From: Thermoanaerobaculales bacterium
GTDB lineage: Bacteria; Acidobacteriota; Thermoanaerobaculia; Thermoanaerobaculales; Sulfomarinibacteraceae
DNA: 64,000 nucleotides
NCBI GenBank assembly: GCA_021107705.1
Contig: JAIOSJ010000129.1
Span: 7,754-71,753, forward strand
Direction: 5' to 3'
Both the position numbers and the translations under genes were made by a program. Below the pieces are notes generated by a model that was not told the DNA's origin, did no database searches, and saw nothing but the letters and a program-made list of their open reading frames with translations. Below, piece by piece: positions 1 to 8,704 of the stretch (positions within the stretch are counted from its first letter, which is position 1; each line of letters opens with the position of its first letter).

Positions 1-1282
1 TCCACCGAGCCCGATTCGCCCGATTGATCGTCGGTCCCGGAAAACTGATCTCATCGCGGAGATGCTTACGGGTGTGGTCGGCGATCAGGAGGTGCTTCTC
101 GGCCAAGAGTTCCTCCATGATCGGACCCGCGGGAAAGTCGCCTCGAGTTTGGATCCCGGCGTTGAGGCGCAGAGCCATGGCGCAGATCTCGTGATCGACC
201 ACCAGCTTGGAGAGGCTGAAGCAGTTGATGAAATCCAACATCCCGGGACCGGCGACCTCGTCGATCCCGGCGAGTACCGCCAAGGTCGCGCCCATCGAGG
301 TCTCCAACCCGGCCTGGGCATCCAGGTTCTTGGCATCACTGAGCGCGATGTAGGCCTGGGTAGGGAGATTCAGGAAACGACCGATCTCGGCGGCGGCACA
401 GCCGATCATCATGGTTTCGACGGCGCCCATCGGGGCTGTTTCGTAGCGGATGTCGAAAATTGCCGGACAACAACCGAAGAGGATGGGCGTCCCGAGTCGG
501 GTGAGCTGCGCAAGGACGACACCGCTGAGTACCTCGGCCGTCAATTGCACGAGGGTCCCGACGATGGTCACCGGCGCGATGAAACCGGCCAACGGGACCG
601 GAACGATCTCTATCGGCACGCCGGCCGCCGCACAATCGAGGAGGTTGCGCACCTCGACATCTCCCCACTTCAAAGGCGACGTCGGGCAGCAAGAAAAGAG
701 CGCAAGCGGCTTTTGAGCGAGTGCGGCACGGCTGCCGCGAACGGTCAGTAAGAGATCGAGCATGACCTCGAAGCCGGCGATCGAGAAGGCGCCGGTCACA
801 ACGGGCTTCGGACAGTGGAGCAGACTGAGATACAGGCGGTAGCTGTCCGAGATCTTCTCGTCGACGTCGGCGGGGATGAAGGCCGTACTGTGGGATTTGA
901 AGTGCGGCAATCCAGCAACCAAGTTCGCGTACTCAACATAATCCGCGGTGGACGGCCGTCTGTATTCGCCTCCCTCGAGCCCCAGGATGTGGGTCGCAGC
1001 GGAGGCGGGTGTGAAATGGACCTCGCCGTCACCGAGCGTGTGGCTCTGCTGCCCACCGACATCGAAGAGACCGAACCGGGAAGGTGCTGTTGCGAGAGCC
1101 TGATCGATCAAATCGCCGCCGATTCGGACTCTGGAACCAGCCACCTCGGCACCGTTATCGGCGAGAAGAGACAGGGCCTGGGGATCGTGAAGCTCGATTC
1201 CCTGGGCCGCGAGCACATCCCGCGCCTCAGCGACGATTCGCTCCCCCAACTCGTCGGTCAACAGTCTCATTTTCGGCCGCAT
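1..1282 (-). CDS. MttB-superfamily (trimethylamine/glycine-betaine type) corrinoid-dependent methyltransferase; C-terminus lies off the left edge
   Basis: Absent from the ORF track because it has no stop in the window. Hand translation of the minus strand from ATG 1282 (GGAGGG 4 nt upstream; second in-frame ATG at 1270) stays open to base 1. It reads MRPKMRLLTDELGERIVAEARDVLAAQGIELHD...LFSCCPTSPLKWGDVEVRNLLDCAAAGVPIEIVPVPLAGFIAPVT...MLDFINCFSLSKLVVDHEICAMALR...HTRKHLRDEISFPGP, which looks like the MttB family. The + strand ORFs 62..751 and 815..1363 are antisense to it. Confidence 0.8.
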   Translation of the reverse strand, partial: MRPKMRLLTDELGERIVAEARDVLAAQGIELHDPQALSLLADNGAEVAGSRVRIGGDLIDQALATAPSRFGLFDVGGQQSHTLGDGEVHFTPASAATHILGLEGGEYRRPSTADYVEYANLVAGLPHFKSHSTAFIPADVDEKISDSYRLYLSLLHCPKPVVTGAFSIAGFEVMLDLLLTVRGSRAALAQKPLALFSCCPTSPLKWGDVEVRNLLDCAAAGVPIEIVPVPLAGFIAPVTIVGTLVQLTAEVLSGVVLAQLTRLGTPILFGCCPAIFDIRYETAPMGAVETMMIGCAAAEIGRFLNLPTQAYIALSDAKNLDAQAGLETSMGATLAVLAGIDEVAGPGMLDFINCFSLSKLVVDHEICAMALRLNAGIQTRGDFPAGPIMEELLAEKHLLIADHTRKHLRDEISFPGPTINRANRARW

Positions 1283-1295
1283 GACGCCCTCCGCT

Positions 1296-1531
1296 TTACT
1301 CAGGAACACTGGCCCGGCAACTCCGCCGCCACACAGGGTACAGCGGCACGCCCACGGCCATGATCCCGAGTCCGATCAGGGCGTCCCTGGGATCTGCCCA
1401 AAACGCGGTCACCAACAAAGCGCCGGAACAACGAAGATCGCCGAACCCAGGATCGTGCCGATATTGATCATCAGAGCATCGAAGAGCCCGAGTTCTCTTT
1501 TGAGTCCCAGCTGTTGAGTTGAATCAGCCAT
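1296..1531 (-). pseudogene. Remnant of an APC-family amino acid/amine permease (N-terminal ~40 codons fused out of frame to the last ~35 codons)
   Basis: The minus strand from ATG 1531 reads MADSTQQLGLKRELGLFDALMINIGTILGSAIFVVPALCW then TGA at 1409, a typical APC permease N-terminus and TM1. A different frame continues LLVTAFWADPRDALIGLGIMAVGVPLYPVWRR...PE then TAA at 1296-1298, a typical APC C-terminal TM. The roughly 1.1 kb expected between the two pieces is missing. Confidence 0.6.
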
Positions 1532-2068
1532 GCTGATCAGATTCTAACCCGGCAATCCGTCGAACGGATTGCATGCGGCCCTTCAGGCCGGTTGATGGTC
1601 GAGGCCGCGGGTCCTCGACAATACGAAGCAAGCCCCTCGATCGGGCGTGCCGGGTCCGCCCTTGTGCTGCGGGCTGCTCCATTTGAGTGGACGCACAAGG
1701 GCCGACCTGGCTTGCCCCGGGAAGCGCGATCAAAAACAGTCGCTTCAATGGCGAAGCAGGCCGTCGCTCGTCCTGTCAGCGGGCCCGGAAATCCGATTGT
1801 TTGACTCTGTCTCCCCGGACCCGCTGACTGGGCGACGCTGGGTCGCGAAGCGGACCAGAAGGCCGGTGATTCAACTTGGTCCACCGACGAGGCCGACCCA
1901 AAGGCTCGCGCTCCCGAAGGCCGGTGCCACAAAAGAGGTCACTCTCAGGAAGGCGATGAAACCAGGCGGAGCGCCCCGCGATTGAAAAGAGAACCAAAGA
2001 GCCATCGAGACGTACTGTATTCTTGAAGCCTCCCATCGGGAGACATCAGTCTTTTTTGGAGTGAAATC

Positions 2069-3958
2069 ATGAGCCGAAACCTGAGCACAAAGATTAGAAG
2101 CCTCACCCCCACAATAAAAGAAAAACTATGCACCCTGGCCCGGGGCATCGACAAGACGCGCGTCGTAACACTCAACGTGCTCTTCGTCGCGATCATCGTT
2201 GGTGTGATCATCATCGCCTTCTCCGGAGGTGGTCCCGATGTGCCGAAGAGCACGACTCTGGTCGTGGCCCCGGCCGGCAGTCTGGTCGAGCAGCTCGGGG
2301 GTGGTGACCCGCTGGAACGAGCAAAGCAAGAACTCATGGGCGGCGCCGAGTCCGAAACCTTACTTAAGGACCTCATCGACGCCATTTCTACCGCGAAGGA
2401 GGACGAGCGGGTCAAAGCCCTCGTACTCGACCTTAATAATCTGGGCGGCGCCGGCGTCACCAAACTGCAGGATCTCGGCGCCGTCATCGACGACTTCAAG
2501 ACCTCGGGCAAGACGGTCATCGCAACCGCCGACAACTATTCGCAGACGGCCTACTATCTGGCGGCTCACGCCGACGAAATCTATCTCCATCCAATGGGCA
2601 TGATCTTGCTCGAGGGTCTTGGACGTTACCGGACCTACTACAAGGACGGCATCGACCGGTTGGAGCTGGACTGGAATGTCTTCAAGGTCGGGACTTTCAA
2701 GTCAGCGGTGGAGCCCTACCTGCGCAACGACATGTCGCCGGCGGCCCGGGAAGCCAACCTGGAATGGATGGGTGATCTGTGGCAGGCCTTCCTGACGGAC
2801 GTCTCTGCGGCCCGAGGGCTGTCGGTCGAAGACCTCGTCGATTATTCCGAGAACGTCAGCGCCTATATCGAAGCCACCGGTGGCGATACCGCGCAGGCTG
2901 CGCTTGACGCGGGTTTGATCGACACCATTGCAACCCGTGACGAGGTCCGAGCCCGCCTCATCGAACTCGTCGGTGAGGACGAGGACGCCCACTCCTACTA
3001 CCGCGTCGGGATCGACGATTACCTTGAGGCCGAGGGTGGCGACCGCACGGGCGAGAAGGCCAAAGGCGATCTTGTCGGCGTGGTTGTCGCCCGGGGATTG
3101 ATCCTCGGTGGAACCCAACCGCCCGGCAAGATCGGCGGTGACTCCACGTCGGCCCTGATCCGTCAGGCCCGCCAGGACGACAACGTCAAGGCCATCGTGC
3201 TGCGGGTCGACAGCGGCGGCGGCAGCGCCTTCGCATCGGAGATCATCCGCCGTGAGTGTGAACTGGCGAAGGAAGACGGCAAACCAGTCGTCATCTCCAT
3301 GGGCAGCGTCGCGGCCTCGGGAGGCTACTGGATCTCGATGGCCTCTGACGAGGTCTGGGCTCACCCGACGACAATTACCGGCTCGATCGGTATATTCGGC
3401 ATGTTCCCGACCTACCAGAAGCCTCTCGCCAAATATCTGGGGTGGCGGGTCGACGGCGTCGGCACGACCCGCCTGGCCGGCGCAATTCGGCCCGACCGGG
3501 AGCTCGACCCCGAGGTCGGTGAGATCATTCAATCCATCATCAACAAGGGCTACGATGAGTTCATCACACTGGCCGCTGAGGCACGAGGTGTGACGCCGGA
3601 GGATATCGACCGCGTTGGTCAGGGACGCGTGTGGAGCGGCGAGGATGCCTTCGAACTCGGCCTTGTCGATAAGATGGGCGGACTCGAGGACGCCATCGCC
3701 TCGGCGGCGAAGTTGGCCGATCTGGGTGACGAATTCGCGGTGAAGTACATTGAGAAAGAACTCGACTTCAAGCAGAAGCTCGTCGCCGACATGTTGGGCG
3801 CCGCGAGTACGCTGCTCGGTGTGAGCGCAGAGCCGGTCAATTCGGCGGATGCGCCGCACCGTGAGGTTCTGCGACTCATCGAGGACCAGCTCGAGATTCT
3901 CGACGAGTTCAACGATCCCAGCGGCATGTATGCCTACAGCTGGCTTGACGTGGACTGA
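2069..3958 (+). CDS. sppA: Signal peptide peptidase SppA, 67K (double-domain) type
   Basis: The 629-aa ORF is collinear by eye with E. coli SppA: TM anchor, KALVLDLNNLGGAG, FKVGTFKSAVEPYLRNDMSPAAREA, KAIVLRVDSGGGSAFASE, SMGSVAASGGYWIS, ITGSIGIFG. A GGAG lies 8 nt before the ATG. Confidence 0.92.
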   Translation: MSRNLSTKIRSLTPTIKEKLCTLARGIDKTRVVTLNVLFVAIIVGVIIIAFSGGGPDVPKSTTLVVAPAGSLVEQLGGGDPLERAKQELMGGAESETLLKDLIDAISTAKEDERVKALVLDLNNLGGAGVTKLQDLGAVIDDFKTSGKTVIATADNYSQTAYYLAAHADEIYLHPMGMILLEGLGRYRTYYKDGIDRLELDWNVFKVGTFKSAVEPYLRNDMSPAAREANLEWMGDLWQAFLTDVSAARGLSVEDLVDYSENVSAYIEATGGDTAQAALDAGLIDTIATRDEVRARLIELVGEDEDAHSYYRVGIDDYLEAEGGDRTGEKAKGDLVGVVVARGLILGGTQPPGKIGGDSTSALIRQARQDDNVKAIVLRVDSGGGSAFASEIIRRECELAKEDGKPVVISMGSVAASGGYWISMASDEVWAHPTTITGSIGIFGMFPTYQKPLAKYLGWRVDGVGTTRLAGAIRPDRELDPEVGEIIQSIINKGYDEFITLAAEARGVTPEDIDRVGQGRVWSGEDAFELGLVDKMGGLEDAIASAAKLADLGDEFAVKYIEKELDFKQKLVADMLGAASTLLGVSAEPVNSADAPHREVLRLIEDQLEILDEFNDPSGMYAYSWLDVD

Positions 3959-4153
3959 AGCACAGTTGGAGGTCGAACCCCGTCCGGCAGGCAGTCGCGG
4001 TTCGACCCGGACCGGCAGTTCCAGCCATGACGGGGTCTCGGCGCCGAACAGCAGGGCGGGCCGCGCAACGATCCGAGCATCCGGCTGATCGAGTTCGGAA
4101 CCGTCGTGGGTGTTATTGACCACATTTGCAACAGTTAAGCTCGGTATTTTTCG

Positions 4154-5725
4154 GTGGTAGAATTACCCGCGATTGCTATGTTGGAGCTTCTCTTCGCCGC
4201 AGGACTTCTAGGGGCCGGTCATCCACCGGCCCCGTGCGACTTGGAGTGTGAGCAGCAGGCGGTGGTACGACTCCTTGATCAGGGAGAGACCCGATCCGCG
4301 GTGGAGCGTTTGAACGATGCCCGGCGTCGTTTTCCCGATGATCGCCGGCTCGTACTGCTGCTCACGCGGTCATACCTTCTGGAGAACAACCTCTTTTGGG
4401 CCGAGCGCACCCTCCGTGAGGCCGTAACGCGGTGGCCGAACGATCCCGAGCTGCGCGCGTGGCTCGCCGCGGTCCATCTGCGCCAGGGAGATCCCGAGCT
4501 GGTGATCGCCGACCTGGATCCGGAGCATGAACCGACCGACGATCCGCATCGGGCACGCTGGCGGCTGCTCGCGGTATCGCGGGCCCGACTGGCCGACGAC
4601 GCCACCGAGGCCGGCACCTTGCTGGCCCAGATCACCGAAGAAGACGTGCTCTACCCCGAGGACCGGCGCCTGTGGGCCTCGCTCAAATCGAGTTCCGACC
4701 CCTGGTGGAGCGAGTCCATCACGGGAACCCTGGAAATCGGAGCAGGCCGAACCTCCAACGCCCTAGCCGGCTCGCCGACCGATCCCGGAATGTCCGGCGG
4801 TCCCAGTGGACTCATACCGCTCAAACTCCGCAGTCGTTTCGCACCACCTACCGGCACATCCCTGAAACCAGCCATTGATCTCGAGGTGCTGGCCACCAGT
4901 CTTCTGGAGGATGCCTACAGCGAGCTGAGTTCACTACAGGGAGGACTTCGACTCGGCGCTATGGTCCTCGACGGTGAGCGCCGTTGGACTTTCGGTTACC
5001 GAGCCGAAGTACTCTGGCTCGACCAGGATTCGCCTTTGTATTCCGAGGCCCATCGTGCCGAGTTCGAGCTCGAGTGGGCCGACGGTCAGGTCGTCTTCCT
5101 GGGGGGAGGGCGTCGAGTGTATAGCGACGAACGGCGCACCCGCTGGGAGGGTGAAATCGGTGTCGGGGGCCCGCTGCGCCTCACTGCCGGAGTGCCACTG
5201 CTGGCTGGCGCCACCCTTCGTCTCGCCAACGCCCAGTCGACGGCCTACGATCAATTCGGCATCTCGGCCGCCGCCTCGGCGACCGTGCCGCTCGGACGTC
5301 GAAGCTCCCTCCGCGTCGCGCTGTCCGGAGTCTGGGATGACTACCCGAACTCGGGCGGAGAAGAAGGTCGCCTTGTTTTCGGTACCGAGGAGAAACGCCG
5401 CGATCTTCTCGGTCGGGTTGGGCTCACCCTCTGGACGCCCGCATGGCGAAACCTACGTCCGGGCTTTGAGGTTCGCTACACGAGACGCGAGTCCACCGCC
5501 GACGAAACTCCCGGGTTCGACTTCAGCTACCGCGAGTGGCGCGCCATTGCCTGGCTGCGATGGACATTCAAAGCAGACCCGTGGGCGCCGCGGACCGTCG
5601 ATGACGATCACGTGCCCTTGGACTGGGGTCTCGAGAGCAGCGGCGGCATGGACCAGGAGCGGATTCTCGACCTGCTGCGGGGCGACGAGGAGCTGCGCCG
5701 CGGTTCGAGCTGCGGGGTTAAATGA
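4154..5725 (+). CDS. Hypothetical envelope protein: N-terminal TPR-like repeats plus C-terminal beta-strand-rich (outer-membrane barrel-like) region
   Basis: 523-aa ORF with a GTG start; ATG 4178 is an alternative. The N-terminal half has TPR-like helices (LNDARRRFPDDRRLVLLLTRSYLLENNLFWAERTLREAV). The C-terminal half has alternating-hydrophobic strands ending ...YREWRAIAWLRWTF, followed by a ~55-aa tail. Its stop overlaps the next start (ATGA). Confidence 0.55.
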   Translation: MVELPAIAMLELLFAAGLLGAGHPPAPCDLECEQQAVVRLLDQGETRSAVERLNDARRRFPDDRRLVLLLTRSYLLENNLFWAERTLREAVTRWPNDPELRAWLAAVHLRQGDPELVIADLDPEHEPTDDPHRARWRLLAVSRARLADDATEAGTLLAQITEEDVLYPEDRRLWASLKSSSDPWWSESITGTLEIGAGRTSNALAGSPTDPGMSGGPSGLIPLKLRSRFAPPTGTSLKPAIDLEVLATSLLEDAYSELSSLQGGLRLGAMVLDGERRWTFGYRAEVLWLDQDSPLYSEAHRAEFELEWADGQVVFLGGGRRVYSDERRTRWEGEIGVGGPLRLTAGVPLLAGATLRLANAQSTAYDQFGISAAASATVPLGRRSSLRVALSGVWDDYPNSGGEEGRLVFGTEEKRRDLLGRVGLTLWTPAWRNLRPGFEVRYTRRESTADETPGFDFSYREWRAIAWLRWTFKADPWAPRTVDDDHVPLDWGLESSGGMDQERILDLLRGDEELRRGSSCGVK

Positions 5726-6270
5726 TGGCCGTCGTAGAGACAGCTCAAGGTTCAAGGCAGCCGATGCCGGGCCTCCTCCGGATTCTCCTGGAGGCGATCG
5801 CGGTGAGCGCGGTCGCCGTGGTGATCTCCCTGCTGTTCAACGCCCTACGCCCCGCAGGTCTGGAGTTGATCGCACGGACCCCGTACCAGATCCTGGTTCC
5901 GTGTCCAGAGCCGGGCGGGCCGGTCCAGGTCGTGCAGCCGACCAACCCCTGGATCCTCTCGGCACGCACCTTTCTCGTCGATGCCCGTTCGCCGCAGGAG
6001 TTCGACCTTTGGCACCTTCCAAAGGCGGTCAACCTGCCATATGACTGGTTGGATCCGGTGCCCGAGGACCGCCTCCTCGAGCTTGCGAAAAGCATCGCCG
6101 CCAGCGGCGCCAATCGGGTGGCGGTATACGGCGACGGCGGCCGGCCGGACAGTGGCGAGCACCTCGGCAAGGAGATCTCGGGACGCGGCATCAAGAACGT
6201 GTTCTTCGTGGCGGGCGGGGCGCCGACCATGTTAGCCCGACCTTCTCACCACAGGTCGGAGGAGCGATGA
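5722..6270 (+). CDS. Membrane-anchored rhodanese-homology domain protein, apparently lacking the catalytic Cys
   Basis: 182 aa with one N-terminal TM (LLRILLEAIAVSAVAVVISLLF). The rhodanese-like part reads FLVDARSPQEFDLWHLPKAVNLPY...RVAVYGDGGRPDSGEHLGKEISGRGIKNVFFVAGG. The position normally occupied by Cys in the C-X-X-G-X-R loop reads G (VYGDGGR). Confidence 0.65.
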   Translation: MMAVVETAQGSRQPMPGLLRILLEAIAVSAVAVVISLLFNALRPAGLELIARTPYQILVPCPEPGGPVQVVQPTNPWILSARTFLVDARSPQEFDLWHLPKAVNLPYDWLDPVPEDRLLELAKSIAASGANRVAVYGDGGRPDSGEHLGKEISGRGIKNVFFVAGGAPTMLARPSHHRSEER

Positions 6271-6737
6271 GGGCGACCCGCCTCGCAGCCTGGCTCGCGG
6301 TGCCGGCACGCTGGTATCTCGGTGTGGTCTTCGTCGGCGCCTGCCTCCACAAGATTGCCGATCCGGGGTCCTTTGCTCTCGATATCGCCACCTACGACAT
6401 CCTTCCGCTCGCGCTCGTCAATCTGGTTGCGATCACGCTCCCGTGGATCGAGCTGGGCGCCGGCGGTATGCTGTTCGCCGGCTGGCGGGTTCGCGCCGCC
6501 TCACTTTTGGTGGCCGTCATGATGGCGGTCTTCATCCTCGCCCTGCTCATCGCGCTCACACGGGGACTTGACATGTCCTGCGGGTGCTTCGCGTCACAGG
6601 GCGCCGAGGAGGAAGACCCGATCTCGCGGGTGACGGTACTGCGGGACCTCGTATGGCTCGGGCTCGCATTCTTCGTATTCGCATTCGACCGCGGCCTGCT
6701 CGGTATCAACCGATGGTTGCAGCGGAGATCTCCATGA
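6267..6737 (+). CDS. MauE/DoxX-family integral membrane protein
   Basis: 156 aa with about 4 TM segments. It starts AWLAVPARWYLGVVFVGACLHKIADPGSFALDIATYDILP and carries the SCGCF motif typical of MauE. There are 4-nt start/stop overlaps on both sides. Confidence 0.75.
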   Translation: MRATRLAAWLAVPARWYLGVVFVGACLHKIADPGSFALDIATYDILPLALVNLVAITLPWIELGAGGMLFAGWRVRAASLLVAVMMAVFILALLIALTRGLDMSCGCFASQGAEEEDPISRVTVLRDLVWLGLAFFVFAFDRGLLGINRWLQRRSP

Positions 6738-7588
6738 TCCGTTTCACTATCGCCGTCCTCGGGTTCATCATCTGGACCGGCACGGGGAGCGCCCAAACCC
6801 CGCTGTGCGATGCACTGACCGGAAACGAGCGCCGTCTGGCCGAGCACATTCTCGCCGGCGAGTACCTCTACGACTGTTGTGACGAAACCATCAGCCGGTG
6901 CCTTGAGGCACAGCCGACCTGTTCGCTCGCAGTTCGTCTCGCCGACAACGTGTGTCGGCGGGTCGCCGCCGGCCAAGATGAGACGCGGATTCGCCGCGCG
7001 CTGTCGCGCCGCGCACGCAGCATGGTCGGCGGTGGGAAGCCCGCCGAGATCGATCTCGCGGCGGCACCCAGCATCGGCCCCGACGACGCGCCGGTGACCG
7101 TGGTGGTCTACGCCTGCGCCCGCTGCCCCTACTGCACTATCCTGGTTCCGGCCCTCTACGAAGCAATTATTACCGGCCAACTCAACGATGAGGTCCGGCT
7201 CGCCTTTCGCACCTTCCCGATCCGCGGTCACAAGGGCTCAACCACCGCCGGCCTCGGCTTCGTCGCCGCGGCGGAAATGAACACGTTCTGGCCCTTCATG
7301 CTGCACGCCTACGATCACTTTGACGAGTATTCGCCGGAGCGGCAGGTCGAGTGGGCGGAGGAGATCGGGTTCGAGCGCGATGCCTTCGAGACACGGGTTT
7401 CCGACCCGGCGACGCGCGATGCGCTGGTGGTGAGAAAGAAGGAGGGCCTCGTCAACGGGGTCAAGGAGACACCGACTGTCTTCATCAACGGACGCCGCTG
7501 GGTCGGCGACCTGGAAACCGCCGAGCTGCTGGACGCAATTGAAGAAGAAGCAGCACGAGTCAAGGGGGAAATATGGCTTACGGATTAA
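6734..7588 (+). CDS. Secreted DsbA-family thiol:disulfide oxidoreductase with an extra Cys-rich N-terminal segment
   Basis: I take ATG 6734 as the start, in frame within track ORF 6584..7588 and overlapping the MauE stop as ATGA. It gives a signal peptide MIRFTIAVLGFIIWTGTGSAQ. The thioredoxin-fold motif is VVVYACARCPYCTIL and the DsbA-like tail is TPTVFINGRRW. Confidence 0.8.
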   Translation: MIRFTIAVLGFIIWTGTGSAQTPLCDALTGNERRLAEHILAGEYLYDCCDETISRCLEAQPTCSLAVRLADNVCRRVAAGQDETRIRRALSRRARSMVGGGKPAEIDLAAAPSIGPDDAPVTVVVYACARCPYCTILVPALYEAIITGQLNDEVRLAFRTFPIRGHKGSTTAGLGFVAAAEMNTFWPFMLHAYDHFDEYSPERQVEWAEEIGFERDAFETRVSDPATRDALVVRKKEGLVNGVKETPTVFINGRRWVGDLETAELLDAIEEEAARVKGEIWLTD

Positions 7589-8595
7589 GGGCTTTTGTGG
7601 CGGCAGTGTTGCTGTGCAGCCCGGCATTCACTTGGGCCGCAGACCGGCTCGCAGTCCTCGAGACCTTCGGGAACCCGGCGGGTGCGTACTGCAGCGCAGC
7701 CGGTCCGGCACTGATTTCGTTGCAGAGCGAGTTGGAGGGCGAGGCCGTACTTTTGGAATACAATTACAGCTGGGTTGCGGACAAGCGGTTGACCCGCTTC
7801 TGGGCCACCGGCGTTTCGGCGCCGTATCTGCCGCTCGTCATGGTCGGAAGCGGGCATAGCACCAGCAGCGGTCCGGTGGACTACAAGAACGAATATTCCG
7901 GCATGATCCAGAACGAACTCGCGCGCCCCCCACGGGCCGACATCACCGCCTATTGGCGACGCCTAGACAACTTCATGCGCGCTTACGTCACAGTGCACAA
8001 CACCAGCGGCGCCGACCTACTCGTCGACGAGGACGCGACCGTGTGGTTGATCCTCTATGAGAAGGCCGCCATAGGAGTCTCGAACACCTGGGTGAGATCA
8101 ACGGCAAGCTGGTCCTTGGAGAGCGACCTTGCTCCCGGAGAAACCGTCACCACCATGATCACCACGACGGGAGGGACGGTTGCCGACTGGAATCGGGTTG
8201 CCGGTCTCGTTCTGGTTGACAACTCTCCGGCCGGTCACAGTCGCTACGACATGGTGCAGGCCACCGAAGTCGTCCCCGCCTCCCTCACCGTTATACCTGA
8301 GGAACTGCCGTTGACCCCTAATTCTCCGACCGCCGAATTCACCCTCCAGGGCCCGCACGTGCTCGAATGGACCGCAACCACCAACGTACCGTGGCTTGAG
8401 GTGGTCCCGGCTACAGGAACCCTCCCGAGCACGGTGACGGTGATACTCATACCCGAACTCCGTCGTCCCATGGAAACCTCCGCCACCGTCTCGATCGATG
8501 CCGCCGGTGACTCGATGTCCTTCCATGAGCAAGTGGAGGTCAAGGTAGGCGCGCGGGCTCGCCGGGCGGCGGGACGCGCACATCCAAACGGTTGA
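7573..8595 (+). CDS. Secreted hypothetical protein: thioredoxin-like N-domain with a degenerate CXXC, then beta-sandwich-like domains
   Basis: 340 aa with a signal peptide (AFVAAVLLCSPAFTWAAD). LAVLETFGNPAGAYCSAAGPAL resembles the Omp28/DUF1223-type thioredoxin-like start but keeps only one Cys. The ORF overlaps the DsbA-like gene by 16 nt. Confidence 0.5.
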   Translation: MAYGLRAFVAAVLLCSPAFTWAADRLAVLETFGNPAGAYCSAAGPALISLQSELEGEAVLLEYNYSWVADKRLTRFWATGVSAPYLPLVMVGSGHSTSSGPVDYKNEYSGMIQNELARPPRADITAYWRRLDNFMRAYVTVHNTSGADLLVDEDATVWLILYEKAAIGVSNTWVRSTASWSLESDLAPGETVTTMITTTGGTVADWNRVAGLVLVDNSPAGHSRYDMVQATEVVPASLTVIPEELPLTPNSPTAEFTLQGPHVLEWTATTNVPWLEVVPATGTLPSTVTVILIPELRRPMETSATVSIDAAGDSMSFHEQVEVKVGARARRAAGRAHPNG

Positions 8596-8704
8596 GCACG
8601 GTGCCGGGCAGTCGGCGCTACGCAAGCCTCTTGCAGGACTCAGACTCGGGATCGGGACAGAGGCGCCTCGACCGGTCTCGCTGACCAGGCTACAGTAGAC
8701 AAGT

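Noticed and set aside
62-1363. Plus-strand ORFs 62..751 (229 aa) and 815..1363 (182 aa)
   Set aside because: Their sequences are Asp/Glu/Gly/Arg-rich and family-less. They lie exactly antisense to a continuous, MttB-like minus-strand frame that the track missed because it runs off the edge.
1946-2060. Cobalamin-riboswitch-like string (AGGAAGGCGATGAAACCAGGCGGAGCGCCCCGCGATTGAAAAG ...)
   Set aside because: The resemblance to the core is only partial (ATTG instead of ACTG) and I see no convincing B12 box. It points toward sppA, which has no corrinoid link, rather than toward the mttB operon. I kept it as a low-interest note pending an Infernal scan.
2702-4123. 473-aa minus-strand ORF
   Set aside because: It is antisense to the clearly recognisable sppA gene. 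Long antisense ORFs are expected in GC-rich DNA, and its sequence is low-complexity.
3955-4154. GGTTCGACCC-type strings and stems downstream of sppA, considered as a tRNA
   Set aside because: No cloverleaf can be drawn: there is no acceptor/T-arm pairing and no GTTCGAATC-type T-loop context. It is more likely a GC-rich stem after sppA.
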